Source of the DNA: an uncultured archaeon
Lineage (GTDB): Archaea; Aenigmatarchaeota; Aenigmatarchaeia; QMZP01
Length of the DNA stretch: 64,000 nt
Direction of reading: 5' to 3'
Assembly: GCA_964389315.1 (NCBI GenBank)
Contig: CAYMDJ010000001.1
Span: 543-64,542 of the forward strand
Below, piece after piece: positions 10,212 to 19,966 of this stretch. The position numbers and the translations under genes are program-made. The notes beneath the pieces are model-generated. The model saw only the letters and a program-made list of their open reading frames with translations. It was not told the DNA's origin and did not search any database. Each line of letters begins with the position of its first letter. Position 1 is the first letter of the stretch.

Positions 10212-11106
10212 GCTCTCTGAACCCCCTTCTATCAGCGTATTCCTTGAATATTCCCTCGCAGATATTAAAGTGTTTGCAGGCCCTGCACTGGGGACCCTTT
10301 ACCCTCCCATGCTTTGCCCTGTTCTTCTCCACATCAAGGTCCCTGAACTCAGGGCCTGCATGATGCTCCTTCATTCTTCCTCTGGTGCTGAACTCGCTCA
10401 GGTGCTTCAGGTCAAAGAGCATGTAGCACATGGGAACGTATCTTATCATGCTGTGATTTATGCCGTGCCTCAGGCCCGCCTGGACAGTGGGCTTCAGGTA
10501 ATCCTTTATCTCCGTGAGTGTGGGAACCACCTCGTCAAAATGCTTCAGGGCATTGCCCCTGGGATGGATGAACATGAATTCCATCCCGTCTGCCCCTAGC
10601 CTGGCATTGTTATCTGCTATCTGGGGAAGGAAGCGGTAATTGTCCTTAACTATCACCGTGTTCGTGCAGATATAGATGTCATTGGAAAGCTCCTTTAGGT
10701 TCCTGAGGCCCTGGGTGGCGTATCTGTAGGAATTTGACCGGGTCAAGTAATCATGAAGCTCCGGGGTGTGGCCGTGTATGGAGAAGACCGCGGAATTAAG
10801 GCCGGCATCAAGAATTCTCTCTGCAAAATCCCTGTAGTAGAACATCTTCCCGTTGGTGGTGAGGCTTATGGTCTCGAATCCGAGCTTCTTTGCATATCTG
10901 ACCAGCGGGATTATGTCCCTCCTTATGGTTGGCTCGCCCCCGAGGAGGTCAACGAAAGTAGAGCCTCTCTTCATGGCCTCAAGAAGCTCCTTCTTGACCT
11001 GCTCGGTGCTCATGGGAGGGAGCGTCCTCTTGTAGCCGCCGTCGTAGCAGAACCTGCAGTTGTTGTTGCATTCATATCCCATTATTATAGAGGTCTTTAT
11101 CTCCAT
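10198..11106 (-). CDS. Radical SAM protein, HxsC-like paralog
   Basis: CNNNCRFC motif, LGGEPT, TTNG; C-terminal CxxCx5CEG (CRACKHFNICEG). Confidence 0.85.
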   Translation of the reverse strand: MEIKTSIIMGYECNNNCRFCYDGGYKRTLPPMSTEQVKKELLEAMKRGSTFVDLLGGEPTIRRDIIPLVRYAKKLGFETISLTTNGKMFYYRDFAERILDAGLNSAVFSIHGHTPELHDYLTRSNSYRYATQGLRNLKELSNDIYICTNTVIVKDNYRFLPQIADNNARLGADGMEFMFIHPRGNALKHFDEVVPTLTEIKDYLKPTVQAGLRHGINHSMIRYVPMCYMLFDLKHLSEFSTRGRMKEHHAGPEFRDLDVEKNRAKHGRVKGPQCRACKHFNICEGIFKEYADRRGFRELVPV

Positions 11107-11335
11107 GGTTCCTCCGGGCGGGTTTTCTGTGATGGTGTTTCTTTTGTGTTATGGTTTGGATTCAAAAGCAGGATCTTCATACCCCTCTATTGATATTTAA
11201 ATATTAATATCCATTTCTTAATGTGCTACCAACAGCTGATTCTGTGATGATAAGCCAGGTCGTTCTGACTTTTATAGGGGCTGTGTTTCTTATAGAGATG
11301 GGAAAGATTAGGAAAGAGTTGAGTAAAGTTAAGCT

Positions 11336-12787
11336 TTAGACCAGATGCCCAAGACCCCTAAGTGTATCCATTGTTTTATTTTCCACTTCTATCGCGGGGT
11401 TCGAATACATGACGGACATTCTTCTGTTATTCTCTGACCATTCGAACAATTCACCCTTTAGTTCCAGGGTAACTTTTTTCTCGTTATCTATTATGTTAGA
11501 TTGCTCTTTTGGATCGGCCAGTATATCAAACAGCTCTTCTGATTGACTAACTGATGATATATATTTCCACCCATTTCTTCTCACGCTCTGTTTTTGACCC
11601 GATTCTGTCAATTCGCTAAATATCGCATAATCTGATATCAGACTATCATTAATCATTAGTGGAGTCATGCTATTGCCTTGGAACGCATCGCTGGTTTTTA
11701 TTTCAACGATATCTAAAAGCGTTGGCATTATATCGATAAGCGAAACGCTGCTCGATATTCTTGCCGGATGCTGTCCAGGTATTCTAATCAAAAGCGGTAC
11801 ATGTATTATTTCGTCATATAGCTCAATATGCAAAAAACCCCCATGGTCGAGGAACTCCTCGCCGTGGTCAGCAGTGAAGACTATTATGGTCTGGTTTTGC
11901 AATCCAGATTCTTGCAGTGTTTTTATTATCTTGCCGACAGAATCATCCATGTATCTTATCGAGCCGTCATAAAGTGCTACAAGATGATTGAAATCATTGA
12001 TGGAAGATTTGTTGAATCCTGACCAAAAAATGTTCCTCACTACACCAAAGGCCTCGTCTTCGGGGTTGGACCATTTTGAATCAATGTTCATGAACAAATC
12101 CGTTTGTGTCTCCACCAAGCTTCCGTCATATCCAACGTCAAAGAGATTATTATACGGCTCTGGCGGTAAATATGGATCGTGCGTTATATAGGTGTGGAAG
12201 AACATGAAGAATTTTTCATGCTTTCCTCTCAGCCAAGCAAGAGTTTCTTTCAGTATTTCCTCGTTCGTAAAGACGGTGTTTTTGTAGATTTTGTATTCGT
12301 CAAAACCATCCCCGAACCCCAGCATGGGGTCAACGTTTCCTCCCCCCGTGAATGCCACTGTCCGATATCCATTATCCTTCAGTATTTCGGGGAGCGTTGA
12401 TATTGAATCATTCAATCGTTTTATGTTCGTGTTTTGTATGTTTATAATTCCGTGAACAGATGGGTACATGGATGTGAACATGGACATATGAGAAGACGCG
12501 GTAAGTGAGGATTGACTGAAGGCGTTCTCAAACAAAATACTTCCGTTAGCCAGAGCATCTATGTTGGGGCTGGTGTCTCTGTGGTAACCATAACAACCAA
12601 GATGGTCTGCCCTGAGAGTGTCAATTGATATAAGGATGATGTTACAGTCCGGGCATTTGTAGCTTTGATTTTCTGGTATGATTATGAAACCTGAAAGGCT
12701 CAGGGTAAAAAAGTATGAAAAGAGAGCTATGAATATGATAAGCAGCATAAAACCCGCAAGATGATATTCATCCATGTACCTGAACAA
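11336..12787 (-). CDS. Membrane-anchored sulfatase/alkaline-phosphatase superfamily protein
   Basis: N-terminal TM; NIILISIDTLRADH; HTYITHDPY; FTADHGEEF; HVPLLI; ELFDILADPKEQ. Confidence 0.85.
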   Translation of the reverse strand: MFRYMDEYHLAGFMLLIIFIALFSYFFTLSLSGFIIIPENQSYKCPDCNIILISIDTLRADHLGCYGYHRDTSPNIDALANGSILFENAFSQSSLTASSHMSMFTSMYPSVHGIINIQNTNIKRLNDSISTLPEILKDNGYRTVAFTGGGNVDPMLGFGDGFDEYKIYKNTVFTNEEILKETLAWLRGKHEKFFMFFHTYITHDPYLPPEPYNNLFDVGYDGSLVETQTDLFMNIDSKWSNPEDEAFGVVRNIFWSGFNKSSINDFNHLVALYDGSIRYMDDSVGKIIKTLQESGLQNQTIIVFTADHGEEFLDHGGFLHIELYDEIIHVPLLIRIPGQHPARISSSVSLIDIMPTLLDIVEIKTSDAFQGNSMTPLMINDSLISDYAIFSELTESGQKQSVRRNGWKYISSVSQSEELFDILADPKEQSNIIDNEKKVTLELKGELFEWSENNRRMSVMYSNPAIEVENKTMDTLRGLGHLV

Positions 12788-12812
12788 TGATTTATTTCAA
12801 TCTTTAAATAGG

Positions 12813-13652
12813 TTATTGAATGGGGGTGAATTCCTTTTCCCCTGACAGGTTCAGGTAGCTCTTCCATATCATGGGGCAGTCCTGCCTGGAGCCACATGTC
12901 TTGCAGGCCTTGGCAAAGGCGAGCTCTGGCCCCTGCTTTGTTACTCCCTTTGCAATCTCCCTGTATCCCTCTGGTAGCGTGCAGAGGGGAAAGTGGAAGA
13001 GTTTTACAGGGATGCCTGCATTGAGGAGGGTGTCTGCTGCCCGGGATGTGTGGGGGACCAGTTTGCTGTATCTGATGAATATCCTTTTCAGGTTAATGAG
13101 GGCGTTCCCGGTGTATTTCATGTTTATGAAGACAACTCGCTCGACTCCAGCAAGGTTTCTGGATATGAAGCGGGCGGTCTCGTCCAGGCTGGCGTAGTTG
13201 AGCCTGCTGACTATTACTCTTAGCTCTACCCTGATTCCCAGGGATGTCAGGGCTTTAATTCCGCGCAGGGTCTGTTCCCAGCTTCCCTTGACCATGGTTA
13301 CTGAGTCGTGGACGGAAGGTAGGTGGCTGTATATCGCTATCCCAACCCTGAAGTTCTTTATTCTCAGATTGGAGAGTCTTTCAGCGAATTCCGGGTAGCT
13401 GAACATCCTGCCGTTGGAGACCAGGAAAAGGAGGGTGTCCGGACGGGTGTCCCTGATGTATGACATCGCCCTGAAGAAGTTTGGGGATATTGTTGGCTCA
13501 CCGCCGCTTATTCCAACGGTATGGCAGTCTTTCGGCAGCCTGTCTATGCACTGTTTTATCGTTTTCCAATGCACGTGGCCGGAAGGTTGGCTGCGGTCTC
13601 TTATGCAGGATATGCAGTTGTTGTTGCAAACCAATGTAAGGGGAATCTCCAT
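12813..13652 (-). CDS. Radical SAM protein, HxsC-like
   Basis: CNNNCISC, ISGGEPT, SNGR, VELRVIV, FHFPLCTL, C-terminal CKTCGSRQDC; lies in the Hxs cluster. Confidence 0.8.
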   Translation of the reverse strand: MEIPLTLVCNNNCISCIRDRSQPSGHVHWKTIKQCIDRLPKDCHTVGISGGEPTISPNFFRAMSYIRDTRPDTLLFLVSNGRMFSYPEFAERLSNLRIKNFRVGIAIYSHLPSVHDSVTMVKGSWEQTLRGIKALTSLGIRVELRVIVSRLNYASLDETARFISRNLAGVERVVFINMKYTGNALINLKRIFIRYSKLVPHTSRAADTLLNAGIPVKLFHFPLCTLPEGYREIAKGVTKQGPELAFAKACKTCGSRQDCPMIWKSYLNLSGEKEFTPIQ

Positions 13653-13711
13653 AACACTTTTTTGCAGGAAGGATTTAAGTTAATGCGGTTGGTGAAACCC
13701 GTGAGCCGGCA

Positions 13712-15412
13712 TCATTCCTGGGTATGGTTGTGTGCCCATATGGGATAGGGATATGCCCACGGAGGATAGAGATATATCCTGTCCATGGAAGCGTTAAGGC
13801 CGGGGATTCTTCCTTTTACAGAGTAGAGCGTGTAGGTCAGGTTTTCCAGTGAATATTCGGCGACGGGTACTGTTTCATAAACCCTCAGGAATTCCAGGCA
13901 GGACTGGTTATATGGTGGTATCCTGCATATATAGCCGTCGTAGAAGAAAGCCATGCCCCTGTTTCCGATTATCTCTTCAACCGCGTTGCCATAAAAGGCA
14001 CCATGAAGGGGGACGGGGTTTGCTCCTGGAACGACTGATAGTGCATGATAACTCATGCTGAAAACATAGGCATTGTCAGGGAGTTCGCTGCCTAACATTC
14101 CCATGGCCTTTGTCTCAAGAATCCTTGGTTCGCTATAAAACCCGTATTTTTTTGTCCCAATGGTGTAGCAGCATGTGTTCTCAAGATAATCTCCTCCGGC
14201 AAGCGGGGGGATTGCGAATGATATCAACAGGAGCAGTGAAATTAGGGCCGTAATGAACCTTTTTTTGGTCAGATAAACATCCTGGACCAAAGAAATTCCC
14301 GATGACACAAATAAAAAGAGGAAGGATATTGCAAAGACCAGAAGCATGGGCTGCAGGAACCCGGATACTGCATAAAGACCAATAAAGGATATCGGTATCA
14401 GGCCAATGCTCCAGGGAAAGGGAGTTTTTTTCTGGAGGCCGAGAAAGATTCCTGCTGCTATCAGGATGTTGAACAGAAGTGGGTAATATAAGCCCGAAGC
14501 CATTCCTGCAAGAATCTCTGCTATACCGTTGCTCATGCCAGGGCAGGCTTGAAACTCTCCCAAAACCGAAAAAATTTGCTCATTAAGAACCTGTTGATTA
14601 AGCACGAATTCCGTGTTTATCTGCGTCCACAAGCGCTGCAAATATATTATAAAAAAGGATGAAGAGAGAATAATAGCTGCCCTGAACCTGTAGTCATGGA
14701 GCCTTTTAAGGAGGCTCCTCCTTGAATGGAGCATGATGATTATTGTAGGCAGCATGGCTATGAATTCTATCCTCGCATTCAGTGTGAATGCCAGGGTTAA
14801 CAGAAAGAGGTAAAGGGATTTCTGGTCATCATTCCTTAGGTAAAGGCACAGGCTGGAAAGGGATAGGAGAGCGAAGAAAAGGGCTATCGTGAAATCCTCG
14901 CCCATGGCAGAGGCTGCGACCAGAAAAGGATAGGCAGAAAACAGCGCCGAAGCGTAAAGGGCCGGGCGGGTGTCCTTCATGATCAGATACAGAAGAATGA
15001 AGGCAAGCGGTATGCATAACGTCCCGAAAAGGATTGACGTGTATATGGCAGTGTAATTTCCAAGCCCGAACACCAGGAAGGAGATTGAAAATATTATAAC
15101 AGAACCGAATGGCTTGAAATAGGGATGGCAATCCTCTGTTTCATATCCAGTGCAATAGCATATTTCCGCGTTCCCGTGCATCATCAGGTTCTTTGCAGCA
15201 TTCAGCCTGTAATCCTCGTCGATGAAATTGTGCTGCATCGGGGACGAGAGCCTTAGGAAAAGGCCTGCCGTGGTTATCAGTATCAGCAAAACCCACACCT
15301 CCTTTCTAATCCCCTTCAGGGAAGATGCAAGCGTTCCCCTGTCCATGAAAAGGAGAATGAAAACCAGTACGAGATTCAGCACAGTGCCCAGCATCAAGAA
15401 CGTCATCAGCAT
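13712..15412 (-). CDS. Polytopic GT-C fold glycosyltransferase (ArnT/PMT-like)
   Basis: Many hydrophobic segments; acidic motif FIDEDY after the first TM pair; C-terminal soluble domain. Confidence 0.7.
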   Translation of the reverse strand: MLMTFLMLGTVLNLVLVFILLFMDRGTLASSLKGIRKEVWVLLILITTAGLFLRLSSPMQHNFIDEDYRLNAAKNLMMHGNAEICYCTGYETEDCHPYFKPFGSVIIFSISFLVFGLGNYTAIYTSILFGTLCIPLAFILLYLIMKDTRPALYASALFSAYPFLVAASAMGEDFTIALFFALLSLSSLCLYLRNDDQKSLYLFLLTLAFTLNARIEFIAMLPTIIIMLHSRRSLLKRLHDYRFRAAIILSSSFFIIYLQRLWTQINTEFVLNQQVLNEQIFSVLGEFQACPGMSNGIAEILAGMASGLYYPLLFNILIAAGIFLGLQKKTPFPWSIGLIPISFIGLYAVSGFLQPMLLVFAISFLFLFVSSGISLVQDVYLTKKRFITALISLLLLISFAIPPLAGGDYLENTCCYTIGTKKYGFYSEPRILETKAMGMLGSELPDNAYVFSMSYHALSVVPGANPVPLHGAFYGNAVEEIIGNRGMAFFYDGYICRIPPYNQSCLEFLRVYETVPVAEYSLENLTYTLYSVKGRIPGLNASMDRIYLYPPWAYPYPIWAHNHTQE

Positions 15413-15485
15413 CTTATCTTCCCTTTAAAGGTTTAGTATCATAGAGCTTTATGTTAATCGGACTTTCCAGTGGTTGGGTCGCATA

Positions 15486-16517
15486 TTAAAGTGGCATGAG
15501 TGGATCAGGGGAGGAATAATCCCCACCAACGAGCTTTGCGATGAACCTTGAGCCTCCCTTGCATTTCCAGAGGTAGTCGCACTGCCTGCATGCATCCGGA
15601 ACGAATCTCAGGTATCTCAATTTCAGCATCAGGTCGCTGTTCCAGCATCCCATTATGTCAAGTGGATTCCCTATGTTCTCGCCTATATAATAGCTTGGCT
15701 TTGCAAACCCCCTTGGATCAATCACAAACCTGGAGTGCCCATCATCTGTTATGCCGCCGAGGGAAACGCTTTCCACTCTGGCAGCATCATAGAAGCAGAA
15801 GGGGATTGGATTAGCTATCACATAATTTGTCCCGCTGGTTCTGTTTATATTAATCAGCCTGTCAACAAGGGCCTTGAGGCCTTTTACTGAGGATGTTGCA
15901 TGCTGCTTTGTGGTTGGAATTGTTCTGTAGAGTCCCCAGTGGTCAAGGTCAAGTTCCTGGACGATTGCAGTGAAATAATCAAGATTCGTTATGTTTTCAG
16001 GTGTTGCAACGGTCCCTGCCCTAAGCATCCATATTCCAGTCTTTCTGACCATCCTGAATGAATCTATCTTCCTTCTGAAGGATTCGGCCGTTCCGCCGAG
16101 CCTTGCCTCGCTCTCAGGCGAGAAAGAATTGAGTGAGATGAGCAGGTTGTCTATGTATCTGCCTATTCTTACTGCAGCCTTCTTGTCAATGAGCGTCCCG
16201 TTGCTGTTCAGCAACACATCCATTCCAATGGATTTTGCATGGCGTGCCAGAACGAAGAGGTCCTTCCTAAGGAGCGGCTCCCCGCCCGTAAACCTTATAA
16301 TGTCTACTCCATTGTCATAGACGGCGTCTATTATTTCCTTTATATGACTGGCTGGCATTTCTGGAAGTGTCCTTCCAGCGCTGGCGAATGTGCTCCTGTT
16401 GAAGCAGAACTTACAGGAAAGGTTGCATCGTGCAGTAACTTCTATAATAATCTCGCTGGGCTTCTTTAGGACGCTGGGTACGGATGCATGGCGTTCTTCC
16501 GTAATTTCGTTTTCCAT
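15486..16517 (-). CDS. Radical SAM protein with SPASM-like C-terminus
   Basis: IEVTARCNLSCKFC, FTGGEPLLR, NSNG; CRQCDYLWKCKGG. Confidence 0.85.
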   Translation of the reverse strand: MENEITEERHASVPSVLKKPSEIIIEVTARCNLSCKFCFNRSTFASAGRTLPEMPASHIKEIIDAVYDNGVDIIRFTGGEPLLRKDLFVLARHAKSIGMDVLLNSNGTLIDKKAAVRIGRYIDNLLISLNSFSPESEARLGGTAESFRRKIDSFRMVRKTGIWMLRAGTVATPENITNLDYFTAIVQELDLDHWGLYRTIPTTKQHATSSVKGLKALVDRLININRTSGTNYVIANPIPFCFYDAARVESVSLGGITDDGHSRFVIDPRGFAKPSYYIGENIGNPLDIMGCWNSDLMLKLRYLRFVPDACRQCDYLWKCKGGSRFIAKLVGGDYSSPDPLMPL

Positions 16518-16546
16518 GTTTCTGATTGGTTTGCAGATTTAAACTA

Positions 16547-16819
16547 TCAGTATGATTCGTGGCTTGCGTGGGAGGAGTGGGAGGAGTGGGAGCCGTGGCT
16601 GGCGTGGTGGCCGTGCTGGGCGGTGACAGTGCCTGCATTCCAGGATATGTCAAAGCTGTTGGTGTGGTCGGCGGCAACCTCGGGCAGGAATGAGAGTATT
16701 GATATCGATGCCAGGAAGGCGCCAAGGCTGGCTGCCTTGTGCTTGGCAACCCTCCCCCTGTTGTCCAGGAGGAAGTCTGAGAACGTGTTCTTTATCTTGG
16801 GCAGGATTTCCCTCTTCAT
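16547..16819 (-). CDS. hxsA: His-Xaa-Ser repeat precursor peptide (HxsA-like)
   Basis: 90 aa; C-terminus HAS-HGS-HSS-HSS-HAS-HES-Y; SD-like GGGAG upstream; flanked by HxsD-like and radical SAM genes. Confidence 0.85.
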   Translation of the reverse strand: MKREILPKIKNTFSDFLLDNRGRVAKHKAASLGAFLASISILSFLPEVAADHTNSFDISWNAGTVTAQHGHHASHGSHSSHSSHASHESY

Positions 16820-16883
16820 TCAACTCCCTTATTATTTGGGAACCTTCAAATAAATAGCTGAGTGGCGATTCGGTAAACGTCGC

Positions 16884-17351
16884 TCATGTCTTGGTGGTTT
16901 TCCTGCCCTGAGGGACTGCTTCTGAACGTCCTGGTTTCTCTGTCCCCTTGGCCCTGTCCGGGGTCCAGGGCTTTGCTATCCCCTCCGGGTCATCCAGCCA
17001 ATCGGATTCCTCAGGCTCCTCTGTTTCATCGGCCAATGTGTTTGTGGCAAGAGCCCTCCTTATTATGGCCTCCCTTATTGGCTGCTTCTTTGCGGCCTGT
17101 ATGACGTAGACAGAGTAGTTTATGAGCTCGTTGCTGAAGTCGAGGCAGAGCCTCTTCAGGTCAAGTCCCTTTTCCTTGGGCTTTATTGTGACGATAATCT
17201 GCTTCTTGGGTTCGCCCTCGAACAGGAAGTGAGCCTTGTCGAGGAAGACATAGGCAGCAGAGTAAATGACCTCCGGGGGATAGAGTTTCGTGTTAACGAG
17301 GACTGTGGCTTCCTTCCCCCCTGGAGCAATCCTTATTGTTTTGTGCAGCAT
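16884..17351 (-). CDS. hxsD: His-Xaa-Ser system protein HxsD-like
   Basis: LYPPEVIYSAAYVFLDK...FSNELINY...IREAIIRRAL pattern as recalled for HxsD; located directly upstream of the precursor. Confidence 0.75.
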   Translation of the reverse strand: MLHKTIRIAPGGKEATVLVNTKLYPPEVIYSAAYVFLDKAHFLFEGEPKKQIIVTIKPKEKGLDLKRLCLDFSNELINYSVYVIQAAKKQPIREAIIRRALATNTLADETEEPEESDWLDDPEGIAKPWTPDRAKGTEKPGRSEAVPQGRKTTKT

Positions 17352-17373
17352 GGAAATATTTTGTATACGGCGT

Positions 17374-18411
17374 TTAAATAGGAATGATTCCTCCCTGAAA
17401 AACGAGCGTGAGGACGTATCCTATAAGGATAAAGGCAGCGAAAGGCTGGGTCTGGCAGACCCTGACCGTAGCGAAGCCTATACTCCCCTGCTTCCTGAGG
17501 CGCTTTATCCTTTCAACGTCCGCCTTCGTGAGCTCATCCAGGCCGTGGACAAACCTTCTCTTCTTCTGCTGGAGGAATTCAACAAGGCTCGAGTTCAGGA
17601 AGCTTATCCTTGAATATTCTTTTCCCTTGCGGTATATTCCCTCTGCCATAATCATGCCCGGCACGAGTTTCTCTATTCGCACCTCGCTGGTGAACGTGTA
17701 GTATGCAAGGTGTATGAGGAAGAACCTGAAGAAAACGAATACACCGGCAACGAGGAGGAAGAACTGAAGGCTCGCCAGGGTGAAGAGGCCCTGGAAATCC
17801 AGGAGGGCCCTCAGGACTGCAAGGAGTGCGAAGAATGCCTCTGCCTTTGCGCTTATCGTGACTGAGAAGAGCTCATATACAGCAAAGAGGATAAGGATGG
17901 TTATGAAGTAGTCTGCCTCTATCCCGGCAAGCCTTATAAGGCCTGTGAAGAACCACATGAAGCCTATCAGGATGATGAATATGAACGATATCCTGTAGGG
18001 GTTGAGCGAATGGGTGATGGCTTTCTTTATGGAGGATGCCTTGCTTCTGATAATGACATAGGCAACCATGAACGCAAAGACCGGGATGAAGATGTTCGCC
18101 ATGTATGGGAGAACAAGGCTTTCTGAATAGAGTCCCTGCGGGAAGAGGAGCAGGAGGGCAGTGAAGAGCTTGGCATCCCCTCCTGGCCAGAGGCCGAGCC
18201 ACCAGAAGAGGAAGGCTATGAAGAAGCCATAGAGGAACGTGGAGGCTATAGCAAGTGTGTCTGTCAAGAGCGCGCCTGAAAGGGCCTGGTAGGCAATGCC
18301 CAGGAGCAGCAGGGCGAGGATGAGCCTGTTCCTTATTATCCCGTGCCTTATGTCCTGGTAGCATATGTATATGCCCAGCAACAGGACAGGGAGAAGAATC
18401 AGGTCCAGCAT
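17374..18411 (-). CDS. A24-family prepilin/preflagellin-type aspartic peptidase
   Basis: Polytopic; both catalytic Asp contexts are present (YQDIRHGIIRN; WPGGDAKLF); C-terminal PFAAFILIGY segment typical of archaeal A24 peptidases. Confidence 0.8.
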   Translation of the reverse strand: MLDLILLPVLLLGIYICYQDIRHGIIRNRLILALLLLGIAYQALSGALLTDTLAIASTFLYGFFIAFLFWWLGLWPGGDAKLFTALLLLFPQGLYSESLVLPYMANIFIPVFAFMVAYVIIRSKASSIKKAITHSLNPYRISFIFIILIGFMWFFTGLIRLAGIEADYFITILILFAVYELFSVTISAKAEAFFALLAVLRALLDFQGLFTLASLQFFLLVAGVFVFFRFFLIHLAYYTFTSEVRIEKLVPGMIMAEGIYRKGKEYSRISFLNSSLVEFLQQKKRRFVHGLDELTKADVERIKRLRKQGSIGFATVRVCQTQPFAAFILIGYVLTLVFQGGIIPI

Positions 18412-18446
18412 TTTATGTTATTGGGGATTGGGATTAATAACCTGAC

Positions 18447-19886
18447 CTATTTCATTATGTTATCGTTCCTGTACCAGCTTAGGAAGGTTTTCCTGTCCCT
18501 TTCTGAGAAGACCAGCCTCCTGGTTATTGATTCCAGAACGTGGTTGTTAATCTTGCAGCGGTCATCCATGGCGAGCTTGGAGATTATTGTTCCCTGGGCA
18601 GCGTGTGTGTATATCGGACAGATGCCGCAGAACGGGTTCCATGCGCAGTTGTCGCAGAGGTATCCCTGCTTTGAGGATACGTCAATCATGCTGGTAGCAG
18701 TCTTGTTGTTGAAGACCCTGTTGTAGGGTGTGGTCTTTGCGTTTCCGAGCCTCAGCTCCTTGAAGAGCTTGCCCTCATCGCAGGTGTGTATGTCTCCCTT
18801 GTAGTTATAGAACAGCTGCCCGATAGCAGCTCCGCAGGGTGACTGTATGTCAACGAACATCGGATCCCATCTCTGCAGCAGCTTCTTGAGGAAGATGACT
18901 GTCAGATGCTCAAAGAACGGGGTCCTGGCATTGGTCTCTATTATGTAATCCAGCGTTTCGTCCCAGAACTTCAGGTATTCCTCGGGTGTGTAGCCTATGC
19001 TGTTCCATGCCTTGCCTGCAAGGCCTATGTTGTTCATGAACCTCAGGAAGATTCCGTCGAACCCGAGCCTGATATATTCGTCCACCATCTCCCTGCCATA
19101 ACCGAGTGAATGCCTGGTTATGGTGGTAAGGGCCCTGAGGTTGAAGTCGTGCTTCCATTCGTTCTTCATTCTCCCTATCCAGTATACAACGTCATCGTAA
19201 GTTCCCTTGCCATCGATGTATTTCCTGTTCCTGTTGTGGAGCTCCCTGGGGCCGTCCAGGGATGTTGCAATTCCCATAAGCCTCCTCTTGGCCAGGCTTC
19301 TGAGTATGTCCTCGTCCATTAGCGTGAGGTTTGTTACGAGCCTGAAATTCATTTTCTTGCCCGCTTTTCTGGATTTCTCCCTGGCGTAGTCAATTATGTA
19401 TTCCACCATAGGGAAGTTCATGAGGCAGTCCCCTCCCTGGAACTCTATCACGAGGCTGTCAGATGGGGTTTTCAGTATGAAGTCGACCACAGACCTTGCG
19501 GTTTCCTGGTCCATGTCATGCCCCCGCGATCCCTCACTGACCATGGAATGGCAGTATACGCAGGCGGAGTTGCACCTCATCGTGGGTGTGATTATATGGA
19601 GCGTGGGCGGCCTGAAGAGGAAGTGGTTCCTTTCTGCATAGGACCTGACGACATCCCTTACATTCCTCTCGGTGAGGATTATTCCCTTCTGTTCAAGGAA
19701 GGAGAAGAGAGTCGGGTCTTCCTCAACCCTCTCCAGCCTGAGGAGTTCATGCTCTTGCTCAGATAGGACTGCCCATGCACCGTGGTCTGTGGTCACAAGA
19801 TAACAATCTTCCAGCTTCTTGGAAACGAAATAGTTCGATGTATATTGCTTATCAGAGAAATCTGAGCTGAGGTGGGTTATTTCCAT
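18447..19886 (-). CDS. hxsB: His-Xaa-Ser system radical SAM maturase HxsB
   Basis: LHIITPTMRCNSACVYCH, IEFQGG, TSLDGP, DIQSPCGAAIGQLFYNYKGDIHTCDEG, CDNCAWNPFCGICP. Confidence 0.85.
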   Translation of the reverse strand: MEITHLSSDFSDKQYTSNYFVSKKLEDCYLVTTDHGAWAVLSEQEHELLRLERVEEDPTLFSFLEQKGIILTERNVRDVVRSYAERNHFLFRPPTLHIITPTMRCNSACVYCHSMVSEGSRGHDMDQETARSVVDFILKTPSDSLVIEFQGGDCLMNFPMVEYIIDYAREKSRKAGKKMNFRLVTNLTLMDEDILRSLAKRRLMGIATSLDGPRELHNRNRKYIDGKGTYDDVVYWIGRMKNEWKHDFNLRALTTITRHSLGYGREMVDEYIRLGFDGIFLRFMNNIGLAGKAWNSIGYTPEEYLKFWDETLDYIIETNARTPFFEHLTVIFLKKLLQRWDPMFVDIQSPCGAAIGQLFYNYKGDIHTCDEGKLFKELRLGNAKTTPYNRVFNNKTATSMIDVSSKQGYLCDNCAWNPFCGICPIYTHAAQGTIISKLAMDDRCKINNHVLESITRRLVFSERDRKTFLSWYRNDNIMK

Positions 19887-19966
19887 TTTATCACATTTTA
19901 GATTGTCGGGATTATATTTAAATCCGGTTAAACATGAACAGGACCTGGTGGATATTTAGCGTGGTG

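Noticed and set aside
11336..13652. Sulfatase plus anaerobic sulfatase-maturating enzyme pair
   Set aside because: The sulfatase lacks the C/SxPxR motif, and the neighbouring radical SAM proteins look HxsC-like without a full SPASM domain
16555..16615. 9-bp tandem repeats (GGAGGAGTG)
   Set aside because: Simply the codons of the His-Xaa-Ser repeats; not CRISPR or an independent VNTR
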